A DNA stretch of 64,000 nucleotides, from NCBI GenBank assembly GCA_951406725.2, contig OX597830.1:17732001-17796000 (forward strand). The letters are read 5' to 3'. The position numbers and the translations under genes were made by a program. The notes beneath the pieces were generated by a model. It had not been told where the DNA came from, did no database searches, and worked only from the letters and a program-made list of their open reading frames with translations. The stretch is from Octopus vulgaris (lineage: Eukaryota). This document shows, in pieces, positions 39,640 through 53,150 of this stretch; the stretch's first letter is position 1, and every line of letters begins with the position of its first letter.

Positions 39640-40300
39640 TTTAATTATCCAGAGTCTGATATAATAATGATATTTCGGTATACAAAAATTCCTTCTTCAG
39701 ATATCGCTAGGAATTGGTCAAGTCACTACGACAATCGGTTTCGAACGGTTGCTAATTTTTTTATTCCGCAAGCGTCTCTGTACTGGTCTCGCGAAGCTCC
39801 TTCCGGGATTCCTCATGAGAAGTGCGTGAGCGGCCATGTGTCTCAGGCTCGTATGTGTTGGCACATCCTCAGTGCTGCTTCTAAGTTATGTATTATACGT
39901 GCAGTTCCTTTTTTTCCCTCTTTTTCTTTTTTAATAATTAATGAGCATGTTATCAATAATGGACCTACACGCATCCAGATGTAGCTAAATAATATATTGA
40001 TCACCAACCTCCAGCCGGCTGCTAATTTGGTCCTAGTCTGTCTATGAGGATAGATTCCTTAATTCTTAGATTACCCAAATTTCTTTCACTAGTCTCAATT
40101 CTGATTGTTATGCTTTTGTCGGTGTTCCGGCATCTATCTTGATGTTTCCTGAAGGAGGAGGTTCTCCGTATATAAACTTTTATTTACGTGTATTGTTTAA
40201 TGACAAGACTTCAGAAGCACAAATATGCAAATATCCACTGCGATGCTATCCTAATTCATGACTGCTTTATAAGCAGCTAAGCTTCATAATGAAGCTTAGC
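39640..40300 (-). mobile_element. Penelope-like element 3' relic: GIY-YIG endonuclease tail plus downstream hammerhead motif
   Basis: 40168-40022 translates to RRTSSFRKHQDRCRNTDKSITIRIETSERNLGNLRIKESILIDRLGPN* (L.IKES..I..L.P.. end of PLE GIY-YIG); CTGAAGA-A-GG..CC-GAA-ATAT-C at 39700-39669. Confidence 0.72.
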
Positions 40301-40708
40301 GCGTCTTCTCTGAGGAGTGATTAATTCACTATCAAACGCTCCGCCAAGAGACTCAGTTTTATCCACACATCGGTAGTTTAGAAAGAACATTTTAAAATTC
40401 ATATTTAACCTACAGAGAGAATTTATATTTAAAATTATTTCATATATTTATGTGTGTATGTGTGTATGCGTCTTTGTGTGCAAGTGATTTGATGCTGTGT
40501 GTATGAGTGCTGTGCCTGTACGTGTCTATGTATGTATGCTTATGCACTTGTATGTATGTAAGCTTGTATGCATGTAAGTATGTATTTTGCATTCTATACG
40601 AGAGTATGTTTTTTTGTTTCTGATCCCTTCTGTAACTGTTTGTTGTTGGGAAGTAAACAGAATTCTACTTAAATACATAAATACATACATACATACATGC
40701 ATGCATGC

Positions 40709-40763
40709 GGGTCGGCCAAAGCCTTGTGATTGGACTTGGTAGACGTAAACTAAAAAGCCCTTC

Positions 40764-40849
<86 letters not shown>

Positions 40850-41089
40850 GCATGTATGTATGTATGAATGTATGTATATATATATATATGTATGTATGCA
40901 TTTATGTGTCTCTGTCCCCCCACCATCGCTTGTTGGTGTGGTCTCGTAACTTAGCGGTTCGTCGACAAGAGACCGATAGAATAAGTACTAGGTTTACAAA
41001 CAATAAGTCCTGCGGTCGATTTGTTCGACAAAGGCGGTGCTCCAGCATGGCTGCAGTCAAATGACTGAAACAAATAAAAGAATAAAAAA
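40709..41089 (+). mobile_element. SINE type B, 5'-truncated
   Basis: Family match. Confidence 0.88.
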
Positions 41090-41106
41090 ATATGTAGCTG
41101 GCGATT

Positions 41107-41166
41107 TATCGTTACTCAGGGTTTCACACATATATAACTTACACATGTGATATCCGTCAGACAATA
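41107..41166 (-). ncRNA. Hammerhead-ribozyme-like motif (A9G variant)
   Basis: TATTGT-CTGACGG-atat-CACATGTGTAA-g-TTATATATGTG-t-GAA-ACCCTGAGT-A-ACGATA; 6-bp stem I. Confidence 0.5.
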
Positions 41167-41833
41167 TACCACTCACCATATATTGCCAGACAGATCTTTC
41201 GTGTAATTTACGTGCTTAAAACCCTGAGTAAGATCAGAGTGAATGTACCATCAATTGATTGCCAGTAACTGTACGTACTCAATATTTTTAATTCGTAATT
41301 ACAAATGTCGGTGTGCATATGTGAGTGTACGTGTACTTTTGTGGGTGGGTGTATAATTGTGTATATGAATGTGCGCGTGTATGAGTGTTTGATTTGTTCC
41401 AAGGCGACACTATGTCTCGAATGTCGCCAAGTATTTCTAACCGAAAGTAATATTCAGACATAACATCTTTTCTTATGGCAACAAACCATTGTTCGTGATT
41501 TCTCAGCATATACCATTGATTGACTGTTTTGTACAATAAAGTGAATGGAATTGTATATAGCAGCAGTAAATCTCATACATTGCGTGTTGAATGAGAGAAA
41601 ATTTAAAAACTTCGTAATAAGTGATAAATGAGCAAAAAGTTAACAAAAGTATTTTGTGTGAATCCTATACATATGTTTATAATTCCTAGGTTTTAAATTC
41701 AAATTTCTAATCCCAGCAAATATTATAAAGAAGTGGTGATCTTCCTTGATTTATCTGCTACCATTAGGAGAACTACACGCGAATGGAAAGTATTGCTAGC
41801 AATTCTCGAAACTATTTTGCGATTGTGATATTA

Positions 41834-42150
41834 CATCTTTCGCTTGCTCATGAGTGGGATAACGCATCTTTCGCTTGCTCACCAGTGAGATACCGCATCT
41901 TTCATTTGCTCACGAGTGAGATACCACATCCTTCGCTTGCTCACGAGTGAGATACCACATCCTTCGCTTGCTCACGAGTGAGATACCACATCCTTCGCTT
42001 GCTCACGAGTGAAATACCACATCCTTCGCTTGCTCACGAGTGAGATATCGCATCTTTCATTTGCTCACGAGTGAGATACCACATCCTTCGCTAGCTCACG
42101 AGTGAGATACCGCATCTTTCATTTGCTCACGAGCGGGATACTGCATTTTT
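41834..42150. repeat. 31-bp minisatellite, ~10 copies
   Basis: catc(c/t)ttc(gc/at)ttgctcacgagtgagatacc(a/g), period 31 (41834, 41865, 41896, 41927 ... 42144). Confidence 0.95.
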
Positions 42151-43544
42151 CCTATGGTCCCACCGCAACTCATCAATAGCGACGTTCCGTCGCGGACGCG
42201 AGACACGTGTCACAATCGATTGCTACACTCATTCGAGCCCATCGAGGGTACATCCGAGCAGTCGGAGCCGATACTGTTTTTTAAGGTGGACGGTGCCACG
42301 CCTCAAGAGTAGTAAGCTCACCACGCACGAAACGACGTCCAAAACCCGTGCGGCAGCCAAGTTTCGTAAAGGTGGTGGGCCCCTCGCGTAAAGCCCTCAG
42401 GTGTTGCTCTTGCTGTTGCTGGCATTTAGTTCCAGATCAACTCTGTCTTAGCTAGTCTATAATATTCCAACTGTGCTCATATGTTTTATTCCAGAAGGAA
42501 TAGTATACCTCGAGCTACATTATATAATGTGACAGAAATCGAGGGGTATTTCTACTGCTGCTTCTCGTAGCTTCATCGATCCCATAAAAGCACCCTGAGT
42601 CGTACTGTTGCTACTGCTCCTGTTGTGATTCAATTGTTTATTTCTAGATCAGCCCTAATCTAGAAGATCTCGTATAATTAAATGTATTCCATCTGTTGTC
42701 CTTTTATCCTTTATTCAGGCACAGTATATCTAGGACTATAATTATCAAGTGTGTCCAATTTAAAGCAGTAAGATATGATTTGAGGAAGATTTGCCTGTTC
42801 TATTTGGTGTTTATGTTGGTGTTAGTGGTGTTGGTGTTGATGTTGATGTTACCATCTCGACTATTAATAGATGTTCGGGACTACATTTACCTTCATTCTT
42901 TAAGACTGCGAGTTTTGAATTGAGGGAAATTTAGGCTGCTATTTCTTGGAGATCTGATCATGTAATTACTTCTCCGTTTACTCGTTTGTGTTAACAGTTT
43001 TTGCGTTAAGGATAATTGAGTTCGTGGATGGATTGGTGCAGGGTAGGGAAAATGGCGGCTTGAATTTTTTGCAGCTGCTGTTGCAGATGATGACAGCAAT
43101 GTTGTTCATGATGATGGTGATGGTAATGGTGGTGGTGGTGGTGGTAGTGGTGGTGGTGGTGGTGGAAGTAGTGGTTATTGATGATGATAATGATGATAAT
43201 GATGAAGATGATGGGAAAGGCACTAATTAAAGTTTGAGGTTGTACACTTCTATATTATAGTCAACGCTATTTCATATTTTCATGAAAAAAAATATACCTT
43301 TTCCTAATTGGACTGGGTCTATAAGCGTATGTATATATGTATGTATATAAGTATGTTTCCATATATGTACGTATATATATATATATATGCATGTTCGTAC
43401 GCAGATATGTATGCATGTATGTATGCATGTATGTAAGTATGTATGTTTAAGTATCTTTGAAAGTAAATTTTCATATATTTGTGTACTTACATCACCTCTA
43501 CCCAGAAACAAGTTGACAGCAGCATTGATCATTGATTTTTCTGA

Positions 43545-43613
<69 letters not shown>

Positions 43614-43646
43614 CGTGTGTGTGTATTATGTATGTATGTATGTATG

Positions 43647-43689
<43 letters not shown>

Positions 43690-43707
43690 CACACACACAT
43701 ATATATA

Positions 43708-43764
<57 letters not shown>

Positions 43765-44102
43765 TATCAATCTTATTAGAAGCTGAAGTTCTTTGATTCG
43801 TAATCCCGAGTTTCACGTTACCGATTATACAAACGATTGATTATTTTTTACGATCAATATTGTGAAACTGAAAGTAACGACCCGAAAAATCTCAGCTTCT
43901 GATAAAGTATATATCCTCTCGGCTGTTTCTTCTCATTTATAAACATAAACGTTTGCCCATCCATATACGGTCTACCACGATTTTCACCGGTTTGTCTGAC
44001 ATCAATTGACAATACTCTTGCTTAAAATTTAACCTGTGCAATCCAGTAGTAGTATTATAAGTACTCCCAGGTTTGCGTTTGAACATCTGTCGTATGTGAA
44101 TA

Positions 44103-44558
44103 TATAATTGAAAAAATTGGAATCAACATGAAAAAATTGGAATCAAATTGGACATTTATTTTTTAATCACTGCAATTGTTTCCACGCAACATAGTTCTCC
44201 AAGCGCGCAGGTACTTGATTATGCAACCGTTTCCCAGCATTATGAGATCTAGTCGTGTTTCGTCAGGCGATATGTAACTATTGTCTCCATAAGTTCAAAT
44301 TCTCGGCTACAAGGACATCCTCTCTGTCGTGGCCTGAATTTTATCAGGGCATGTTGTCGCTGAAGGACAGTTGGCAAAATTACAGAGACAATATTTACAT
44401 ATCATCTGACGAAACACAACTAGATCTCATAATGCAGGGAAACGGTTGCATAATTATGTACTTGAACGCTTGGAGAACTACGTTGTGTGGAAACAATTGT
44501 CGTGATTAAAAAATAAATGTCCAATTGTACTCTTTTTCTCTCCAATTTGTTCAATTAT
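44103..44558. repeat. Long imperfect inverted repeat (~180-bp arms), TA-flanked
   Basis: 44103-44287 is the reverse complement of 44385-44558; each arm carries CTGACGA...GAAACGGTT and an AATAAA reading outward. Confidence 0.88.
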
Positions 44559-44832
44559 ATATATATATATATATATTTTCAATTATATATATATATATAT
44601 ATATATCAAACGTATAGAAAAGTCAATAACTGAAGTAAAGTAGATATTTTTTAATAAAGTTGGTCACATTTCGTTACACCAACTTTTCAAGCTGGAACTG
44701 GAATTTTAGCTTCCTATGATAATAAATATTTGCTCTATATTGGTATTGAGAACTTATAAATTAGTATGTGAATTTATATGTATCCATGTATCCATCTGTA
44801 ATTATCTCTAATGATGATGTTGATGATGACAA

Positions 44833-45210
<378 letters not shown>

Positions 45211-46001
45211 CATAGTAATAATTTGATATCGTTAAGTACATTGTGTATTGTGTATTAATACATACCTACATACGCTGACACTTGTCTTCCTCTTTATCAA
45301 TCTTCCTTCCTTGTGTTGACAGAAAGCCACTGATTTTCTTTTAATGAATTAAACTGCGGAAAAATAATACAGTACATGACTGGTTGTCGTTTTATCGATC
45401 TCGAGGAGGGCAGGAGGTCAATGAAATACAAATTCGAAACCAACAGAATATAAACACGGAACAATAATAAAAGGAAAAGAACCTAAAATCTATGACCATT
45501 CAATCTGTCACTCGGGGTCTGTCTGTGTGTATGTGTGTGAATATTACACTTTTACCATCTTCCAGGATGTCGTATTTATTGTAGTATTTAGCAGAGTGTC
45601 TTAACAGACTGATTTAATTCCCCATTGTTCTTCCCTCTGGGGCCTATAAAACTAATTAAGAGCCAAGTGCCAGGAATCGATAAAATTGATTCTTCTTCCC
45701 AAAATGTGTACAGAAATCTACAGAAATCAATATTAGCTTCCAAAGTGTAGCCCAATCGGTCATTGAACCCCTGCTCAAGAATTTATTGTGTCTAGGGTGA
45801 GTCAGTTTAGCATAGCTTCATATTCAATATTTTGCCTAAAACTATTGCTTACCTCGTTTTATTAATCACAGTTGTGCAAAACAAAATTGTTGATGACGAA
45901 GATACGAATAAGAACGGAAACATGCTTGTACAACTATTTCTTCTTTTCATTGTCCACGAACATGTATAGGTGTGACGTGTTGGGCCGCTGATCTTAGACG
46001 C

Positions 46002-46480
46002 AGGCGCGGTTGTATGGTTAAGAGGCTCACTTTGCAGCCGTGTGTTTCCAGGTTCGGTCCTAATGCGTGGTACCTTGGCCAAGTGACTTCTATTATAGCC
46101 CCAGACTGAACAATAACTTGTGAGTGAATTTGATAGAAACTGAAAGAAGCCGGTCATATATATGAGTGTGTGTATGTGTCTGTGTGCGTGAACGTGTGTG
46201 TGTATGTATGTGTGTGTGTGTATGTATGTGTGTGTGTGTTCGCGTGCACCTGTGTGTGTGTGTGTGGCTTTTAGTTTGTCGCCATACCGCTTAACAACCT
46301 ATATTGGTTCGTTTACGTTCCCGTATCCTTGCAGTTCAACAAAAGAGGTTGTTTGAATACGAATCAAACGGGGATCAATTTGTTAGAATAAGAACCAGTT
46401 CAGGGGTCAATTTGCTTGACTAAAGTTTTTAAGGCTGTGTCCCAGCATGGCGGCAATCAAATGACCGAAAGAAGTCGAAA
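46002..46480 (+). mobile_element. SINE type B, old diverged copy
   Basis: Degenerate family match. Confidence 0.75.
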
Positions 46481-47869
46481 GTTGTATACCATCAGCAATG
46501 AAAGAAAACACTGCTGTCCTACCAATAAATTTATGTTCGATCAGCCAGCAACAAAATTATGACTAACACTTTTTCCACAACACTCTAGTACTTGTATGGA
46601 TTTTGTAAAGCAATAAATAGCATTTTAAAAATCCTTGTGCCGCATCATTGCACTGTAGCTCTACAACACAAGATAATGAATCACTTGTCATTCTCTTTTT
46701 CAATCTAATTCACAAGAATCAGCGCTGCAAGAAGCATTGGGATGTCCCAATGCTATTCCGCACCTATTTATAATAAAGTGGGTTGGACCATTTGTAAGAT
46801 ACGTGGACAGTGACGTAATGCAGTACCCTTGAGAGGACATGAACTGTCGACTTCATACTGGCTTACTCATTATACTCCAACCAATTTCAACCATCTGTTT
46901 TCTGTACCATCAATATTTTATCTATAAAAAAAATTATACACCCTAGTTGAGTTATTGTTTTTAATATTGCTTAGCCCCTTTTGTTCAATGGAGTTCAAAC
47001 TTTTGATCAAAGGAGTTAGGCTTCTTTTTTTTCTTTCAAACATAATGTACCTAGGACGACAGTATTGAGTACGTTCTTTCTTTTTAAGATAGTATATTGT
47101 GATTTGAGGATGATTTGGCTGCTACTGCTTGCAGGTCATGTGGACCTGTTAAGTAGCAGTTCCCAAAGTATGAATCCTCCCCCATATTCTGAAAGGGCCT
47201 CGGAGACAAAATTTTAAAACTTAATACGATGTAAAAAATATTAAATTACACCCGCGTATCACACGGTATCATCTTTACAAAAAATAACACATTAGATGAC
47301 GTGCTCTTAGCTATACCATTAATGAAAATCAAAAGACAAATAATCAAGTCTGACCTGGTATTCAGCAAGGACAACAACAACAACAAGAGCAATGGTAACA
47401 TATGGTTATTGTATTTTTTCCTTGCCACTGGACAAGTCAGTATAAAAACTCTGCTAATAATTAAGGATCTCGAGAAGAAATAGAAGTCAACAAAGCCTAC
47501 CAGCTCTGATTAAAAATACGAATGGTCAAATTAGTTCCAGCCATGATTATCTCGCCTTTTAAAAAGAGGCAGTAAGGTGTGATTGGATGAGGGTTTGTTT
47601 GATAACTTTAACAGTAAGGGTGGCCATGAGGAAATGGATCTAACCAAACAGATATATAGAGAAAGGAGGATCGTTAGTGAGGGTGTACCGTCTTTTACCA
47701 AACTCATCCTTCCTTCTTTCTGAGCAGTATGGTGTAATTTAAGATAAAAATTCGGTTGCTCAGTATAGCAGATCTATATACCACACACAGTCAAAACCAG
47801 AATCGAAACCGACAGACGATCAATTTAGGTGAATATGGATTCGTACATATGATCTGTGTCTGTACGAAG

Positions 47870-47908
<39 letters not shown>

Positions 47909-48387
47909 AGAGATTCTGAATAAATTAGTACATACATTATTCCAACAACCAACAGCAAAAACAACAACAATATTGGTAGAAAGAACAACTACAACAGCAG
48001 CAGCAGCAGCAATTACATCATCAATAGCAACATCACCATCAACAACAACAACAACAACCACAACAACAGAAATTGCAAAAACTGACAGATTTCATATTGG
48101 GAGAATTAAAACAATCCAAATGATTTAAGCTCAGATGATATCTTGCATATTTCTCTGTCTCTTTGTCTGTCTGTCTGTCATCATCTCTCTTTCTCTCTCT
48201 CCCTCTCTCTCTTTCTCTTTCTCTCTCTCTCTCTATCTTTCTCTCTCTCCCTTGCTTTCATTCCAATCTCCTTCTGCTCACGCCCCCGCCTCCGCCTTGT
48301 TTCTGTTTATACGGCTTCCACATTGATGCTAATTAATTTTTTTTACAGTCTGCGTATGCATGCGCATGTATGCATATATGTATATGC

Positions 48388-48500
<113 letters not shown>

Positions 48501-48704
48501 TTTGTTTACGCATAAGTAGGTATTTATTGATCTCTCTCTATATGTGTGTGTTTATAAGTGTGTGTGTATGTATACATATATATATGTCCATGTATGTATG
48601 TACTTATTTACATATGTATGTATGCATGTATATATATATTTACATATGTATGTATGCATGTATATATATATATTTACATATGTATGTATGCATGTATATA
48701 TATG

Positions 48705-48745
<41 letters not shown>

Positions 48746-49284
48746 ATGCATGTATACATGTGCGTACGTATGTATGAATGTGTATGTATGTGTGTGTGTA
48801 TGTACGTACTTACGTATGTATGTATGTATGTATGTATGTATGTATGTATGTATGTATGTATGTATGTATGTATATATGCGTGTGTATGTATGTGTGTATG
48901 TATGTATGTATGTATGTATGTATGTGAGGAGAGTTGGCAAATTCTGCGCTCAGAATTGCAATCACTTCGAGGTCAGCTTCATCTTCCATCCTGGAGCTGT
49001 CGATTAAAAAGTACCAATCGAAGAAGATGGATTCGCAGATAATTACAGGGTCGGGTAACACATCTTGCGATGTTTTCTCCAGCATTGAACATTTTGATAA
49101 GAACGCTTGCGGTAACAAATAGTAATTTGTATATTGAACAAAGTCAAAGGTCTTTATTTTGCATATCACTAATAGCGGCATGGAGAACGGAAATTTGCAT
49201 TCATTGGTATCTGCATTCATTGGTCTTTCCTAATATGTGTGTGTGTGTGTGTGTGTACGTGTATGTGTGTGTGTGTTTGTGTGC

Positions 49285-49593
49285 AGGCATAGATGTGTGG
49301 TAAGTAGCTTTTCTTTCCAACCACATGATTCCGGGTTCAGTTCCATCGCGTGGCATCTTGGGCAAGTGCCTTCAACTCTAGCATCGGGCCGACCAAATTC
49401 TTGTGAGTGGACTTGGTAGACGGAAACTGAAAGAAGTCCGTCCCATGTACGTGTGTGTGTGTGTATGTGTCTGTGTGTGTATTTATGTGTGTGTGTGTGT
49501 GTGTTTTTTTTGTCTTTATTGGTGTGTCTTACGTTCCCGTAACTTGGCGGTTCGGCAAAAATAAAAGATAGAATAAGTACCAGGTTTACAAAG
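49285..49593 (+). mobile_element. SINE type B, 3'-truncated
   Basis: Family match; an opposite-strand diverged copy follows at ~49740-50040. Confidence 0.82.
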
Positions 49594-49598
49594 ATAAC

Positions 49599-49649
<51 letters not shown>

Positions 49650-50051
49650 TACATGCATATACATACATATACACACACACACACGTGTGTGTGTGGGTGT
49701 GTGTGGGTGTGTATGCATACGTATTTTTTACCTTTCCTTCTATTTGTTTCAGTTGTTAGACTGTGGCACACTGAGGCCCCGCCTTGAAGTATGTTAGGCG
49801 AACGAATCGAACCCACTTCTTTTGTAAAGCCTGATACACCTTCTCTCGATTTCTATTTGCCGAAGCTTTAAGTTACGAGGTTGTCAAGCAATATTTGGGG
49901 TGGGGTGGAATCACAGGCTATAGTAGAAGACATTTGCTCAAGGGGCTACACAGTAGGACTGAACCAGAACCGTGTGGTTAGGATACAAACTTCTTACCAC
50001 GCAGCAATACCTGCGCCTATACGGCCATGCCTGCGCCTACACAGCTATGCC

Positions 50052-50139
<88 letters not shown>

Positions 50140-50171
50140 TATGTATGGATGTGTATGTATATATATATATA

Positions 50172-50383
50172 GTTAATCCAAACATGAAAACACAAAGAGA
50201 AAACACAACAACGCGAGGACGTGGAACAAGTGTAGTGTTATTGGACGCTCAGGAAGGAAGGGAAGAAGGAGGGTTTAACGTTTCGAGCGGAGCTCTTCGT
50301 CAGAAACATAGGAAAAGGAAAGATCCAAAGAAGGGAAGACGGAGAAAAAAAATCGCCAACTGTACACATGCGGTCACATTTTA
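50172..50383 (-). mobile_element. Penelope-like terminal-repeat element between TA tracts
   Basis: Carries an intact hammerhead core; same layout as its neighbour (core, cctgagcgt, pyrimidine/GT-rich 3' end, aactatatata). Confidence 0.75.
50273..50307 (-). ncRNA. Minimal type-I hammerhead ribozyme
   Basis: GUUU-CUGACGA-A-GAGC-UCC-GCUC-GAA-ACGU-U^AAAC: full catalytic core, stems I and II paired, palindromic stem III. Confidence 0.75.
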
Positions 50384-50410
50384 AATGTATATACATATAT
50401 ATATATATAT

Positions 50411-50597
50411 AGTTGGAATTTACAAAAAAGAAAAGACAAGGACAGGTGTGTAAACAACAAACAGGTGTATCAGTTTAACGCTCAGGAAGATGAGAAAGTA
50501 TTTTACATTTCGAGCCTACGCTCTTCAACAGAAAGGAACACGAGAAAATAGAGAGAGAATAAAAAAGCTTTAGCGGCTAACGGTAGATCATGGCGAT
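50411..50597 (-). mobile_element. Penelope-like terminal-repeat element with variant hammerhead
   Basis: UUU-CUGUUGA-A-GAGC-GUAG-GCUC-GAA-AUGU-A^AAA at 50534-50501; homologous to 25272-25472. Confidence 0.7.
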
Positions 50598-50602
50598 GGA
50601 TG

Positions 50603-50675
<73 letters not shown>

Positions 50676-50954
50676 GCACACACGTACATAAATACACACA
50701 CACACACACACACACATACACACATATATATATATAAATGTGTGTTTACTTACATATATATACACGCATTCGTACACACAAACACACACATACGCACAGA
50801 GCGGGAGAGATATTCATAGATAGAAGTAGATATAGAGAGCTAGATGCATATGTATGTGATACATGCATATCTGTGTGTGTATATATATATGTGTGTGTGT
50901 GTGTGTGTATGTATATGTGTATATATGTGTGTGCGTTTCTTTCAGACATGTGTG

Positions 50955-51047
<93 letters not shown>

Positions 51048-51237
51048 GAAATAAATCACGTCTACCTTCACTCACGTGCTCACGCGCACATGTCTTACAT
51101 GAATATGTGTATGTGGGTGTTTGTTTTTCTCCTTCATTTGTTTAGAGTTGTTTTTTATCTCATCATTTGGTAGTTCTTTTTGTTTTCTAAATCTTTTTCC
51201 ATCACAAACAATATATTTCTTTCTTTCTTTCGCTCTC

Positions 51238-51289
<52 letters not shown>

Positions 51290-51506
51290 TATCGGTTGTT
51301 TTCTTCTCTGGATTAACTGGAAATTAATATGAAGATTATTAAGAAATTAAATAATTATTGCAACAACGACGATGACGATGATATTACCAATGCTTCTTAT
51401 GATTGTGATAATGATGGTGGTGCTTGTGCTTGTGGTGGTGGAATAGCAGGGACACATCTCATTATGGTGTTGGTGATGATGGTGATGGTTGTGGTGGTGG
51501 TTTCGG

Positions 51507-51564
<58 letters not shown>

Positions 51565-51744
51565 GGTAGTGGTGGTGTTGCTCGTGATGATGGTGATGCG
51601 TCGTCGGTAAAGGAAAGATTCTTAAAGTGAAAAAAGATGGAAATGTGGATAACATGATGATGATCATTACCACGACGAGGAGGAAGACGAGGAAGGGCGC
51701 GATTTATTATTATTATTATTATTATTATGCTTGGAGAATCGTTA

Positions 51745-52505
51745 GGTCCCTAAATATAGGTTATTTAAGGATATTGAACGAAACACCCATGTTTCTAGAG
51801 GTGGATTATTCAAACCCCAAAGAATCCCTCTCAACACATGGCTATGATGCTCCCCCACTACCTCTGCTCGTTATCAGAGATGCACATATCGTCAGCCACT
51901 AAGGGACATAATCAACTGGTTAAGGTCAAACAACTGACAAGCAAATCTTTGGATTGAGCAGAATATTTGCTGTAGCCCGTCTTTTATATCTATTTCTTTA
52001 CTACCCACAAGGGGCTAAACGCAGAGAGGGCAAACAAGGACAGACAAACGGATTAAGTCGATTATATCGACCCCAGTGCGAAACTGGTACTTAATTTATT
52101 GACTCCGAAAGGATGAAAGACAAAGTCGACCTCAGCAGAATTTGAACTCAGAACGTAAAGACAGACGAGCCAAAAGCCTATTTCTTTACTACCCACAAGG
52201 GACTAAACGCAGAGAGGGCAAACAAGGACAGACAAACGGATTAAGTCGATTATATCGACCCCAGTGCGTAACTGGTACTTTATTTATCGACCCCGAAAGG
52301 ATGAAAGGCAAAGTCGACCTTGGCGGAATTTGAACTCAGAACGTAACGGCAGACGAAATACGGCTACGCATTTCGCCCGGCGTGCTAACGTTTCTGCCAG
52401 CTCACCGCCTTAAATACCAAGACAAAACAATGTACATGATATCACTTCCAATCAGTTAAGATCAGAAGCCACGAAAGCCACTGCCTGGTACTGCGTCAGA
52501 GCATA
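51745..52505. mobile_element. (ATT)n-flanked interspersed element interrupted by a SINE C dimer
   Basis: Overlaps the 31637-31895 family; unique sequence resumes after 52410; ends in attattatt. Confidence 0.7.
51990..52410 (-). mobile_element. SINE type C dimer (head plus 2 tandem bodies)
   Basis: Two tatttctttactacccacaagg...cagacga units; junction at ~52168-52180. Confidence 0.92.
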
Positions 52506-52934
52506 TTATTATCATTATTATTGTTTTTGTTGTTGTTGTTGTCGTCGTCGTCGTCGTCGCCATCGCCGTCATCATCAGCAGCAAAAAAGGTAGAACGATG
52601 TAGAGATAAGTCAATGGAAATTGGAAGTAATTTTCCTCTTCATAGATAAAATAAATCAAATTTTGATACTCATTAATTATTGAGTTTATTATTGTTTTTA
52701 ATATATGGAATTATCTCTTATCTGTGTGTGTTTGTTTACCTGTATATATACATATGTATGTGTGCGACCGTGTGTGTGCAAGTTTGCGCGTGTGTGTGTG
52801 TATGTGTGTATATAAGGAATACTCACAAGTAATAAAAATACATAACAGACAAAATAAACGAAGAGATACGAGAAAATTCGTCCTTCATCAGCTGTTTTCC
52901 GAAGGATTGTTGCAGTATCGACACAATCTCAGTA

Positions 52935-53150
52935 TTGATTTCCAATTTTGACACAAGGCCAATAAATTCGGGGCAGGTGATAAGTCGATCCCATCGACCT
53001 TAATGTTTAACTGGTACTTATTTTATCGACACCGAAAGGATAAAAAACGAAGACGATCTCGAAGGAATTTGAACGCAGAACGTAAAGACAGACGAAATAG
53101 CTCTAAGCGTTTTTTCCCGGCGGTGCTAACAATTCTGCCAGCTCACCACT
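52935..53150 (-). mobile_element. SINE type C, older tail variant
   Basis: Tail ggccttgtgtcaaaattggaaatc instead of the ...aataaagaaat tail. Confidence 0.8.

Noticed and set aside
41834-42150. CRISPR-like array of 31-bp palindromic repeats
   Set aside because: Repeats are contiguous with no unique spacers, there are no cas genes, and the context is eukaryotic.
46733-46754. 10-bp-arm hairpin agcattggga-tg-tcccaatgct
   Set aside because: Isolated; possibly a Helentron-type end, but no partner terminus was found.
52880-52895. CTGATGA on the minus strand (also hammerhead-like words at 1965-1980, 8222-8252, 8556-8575, 32430-32480)
   Set aside because: No properly placed GAAA, or stems do not pair; too decayed to call.
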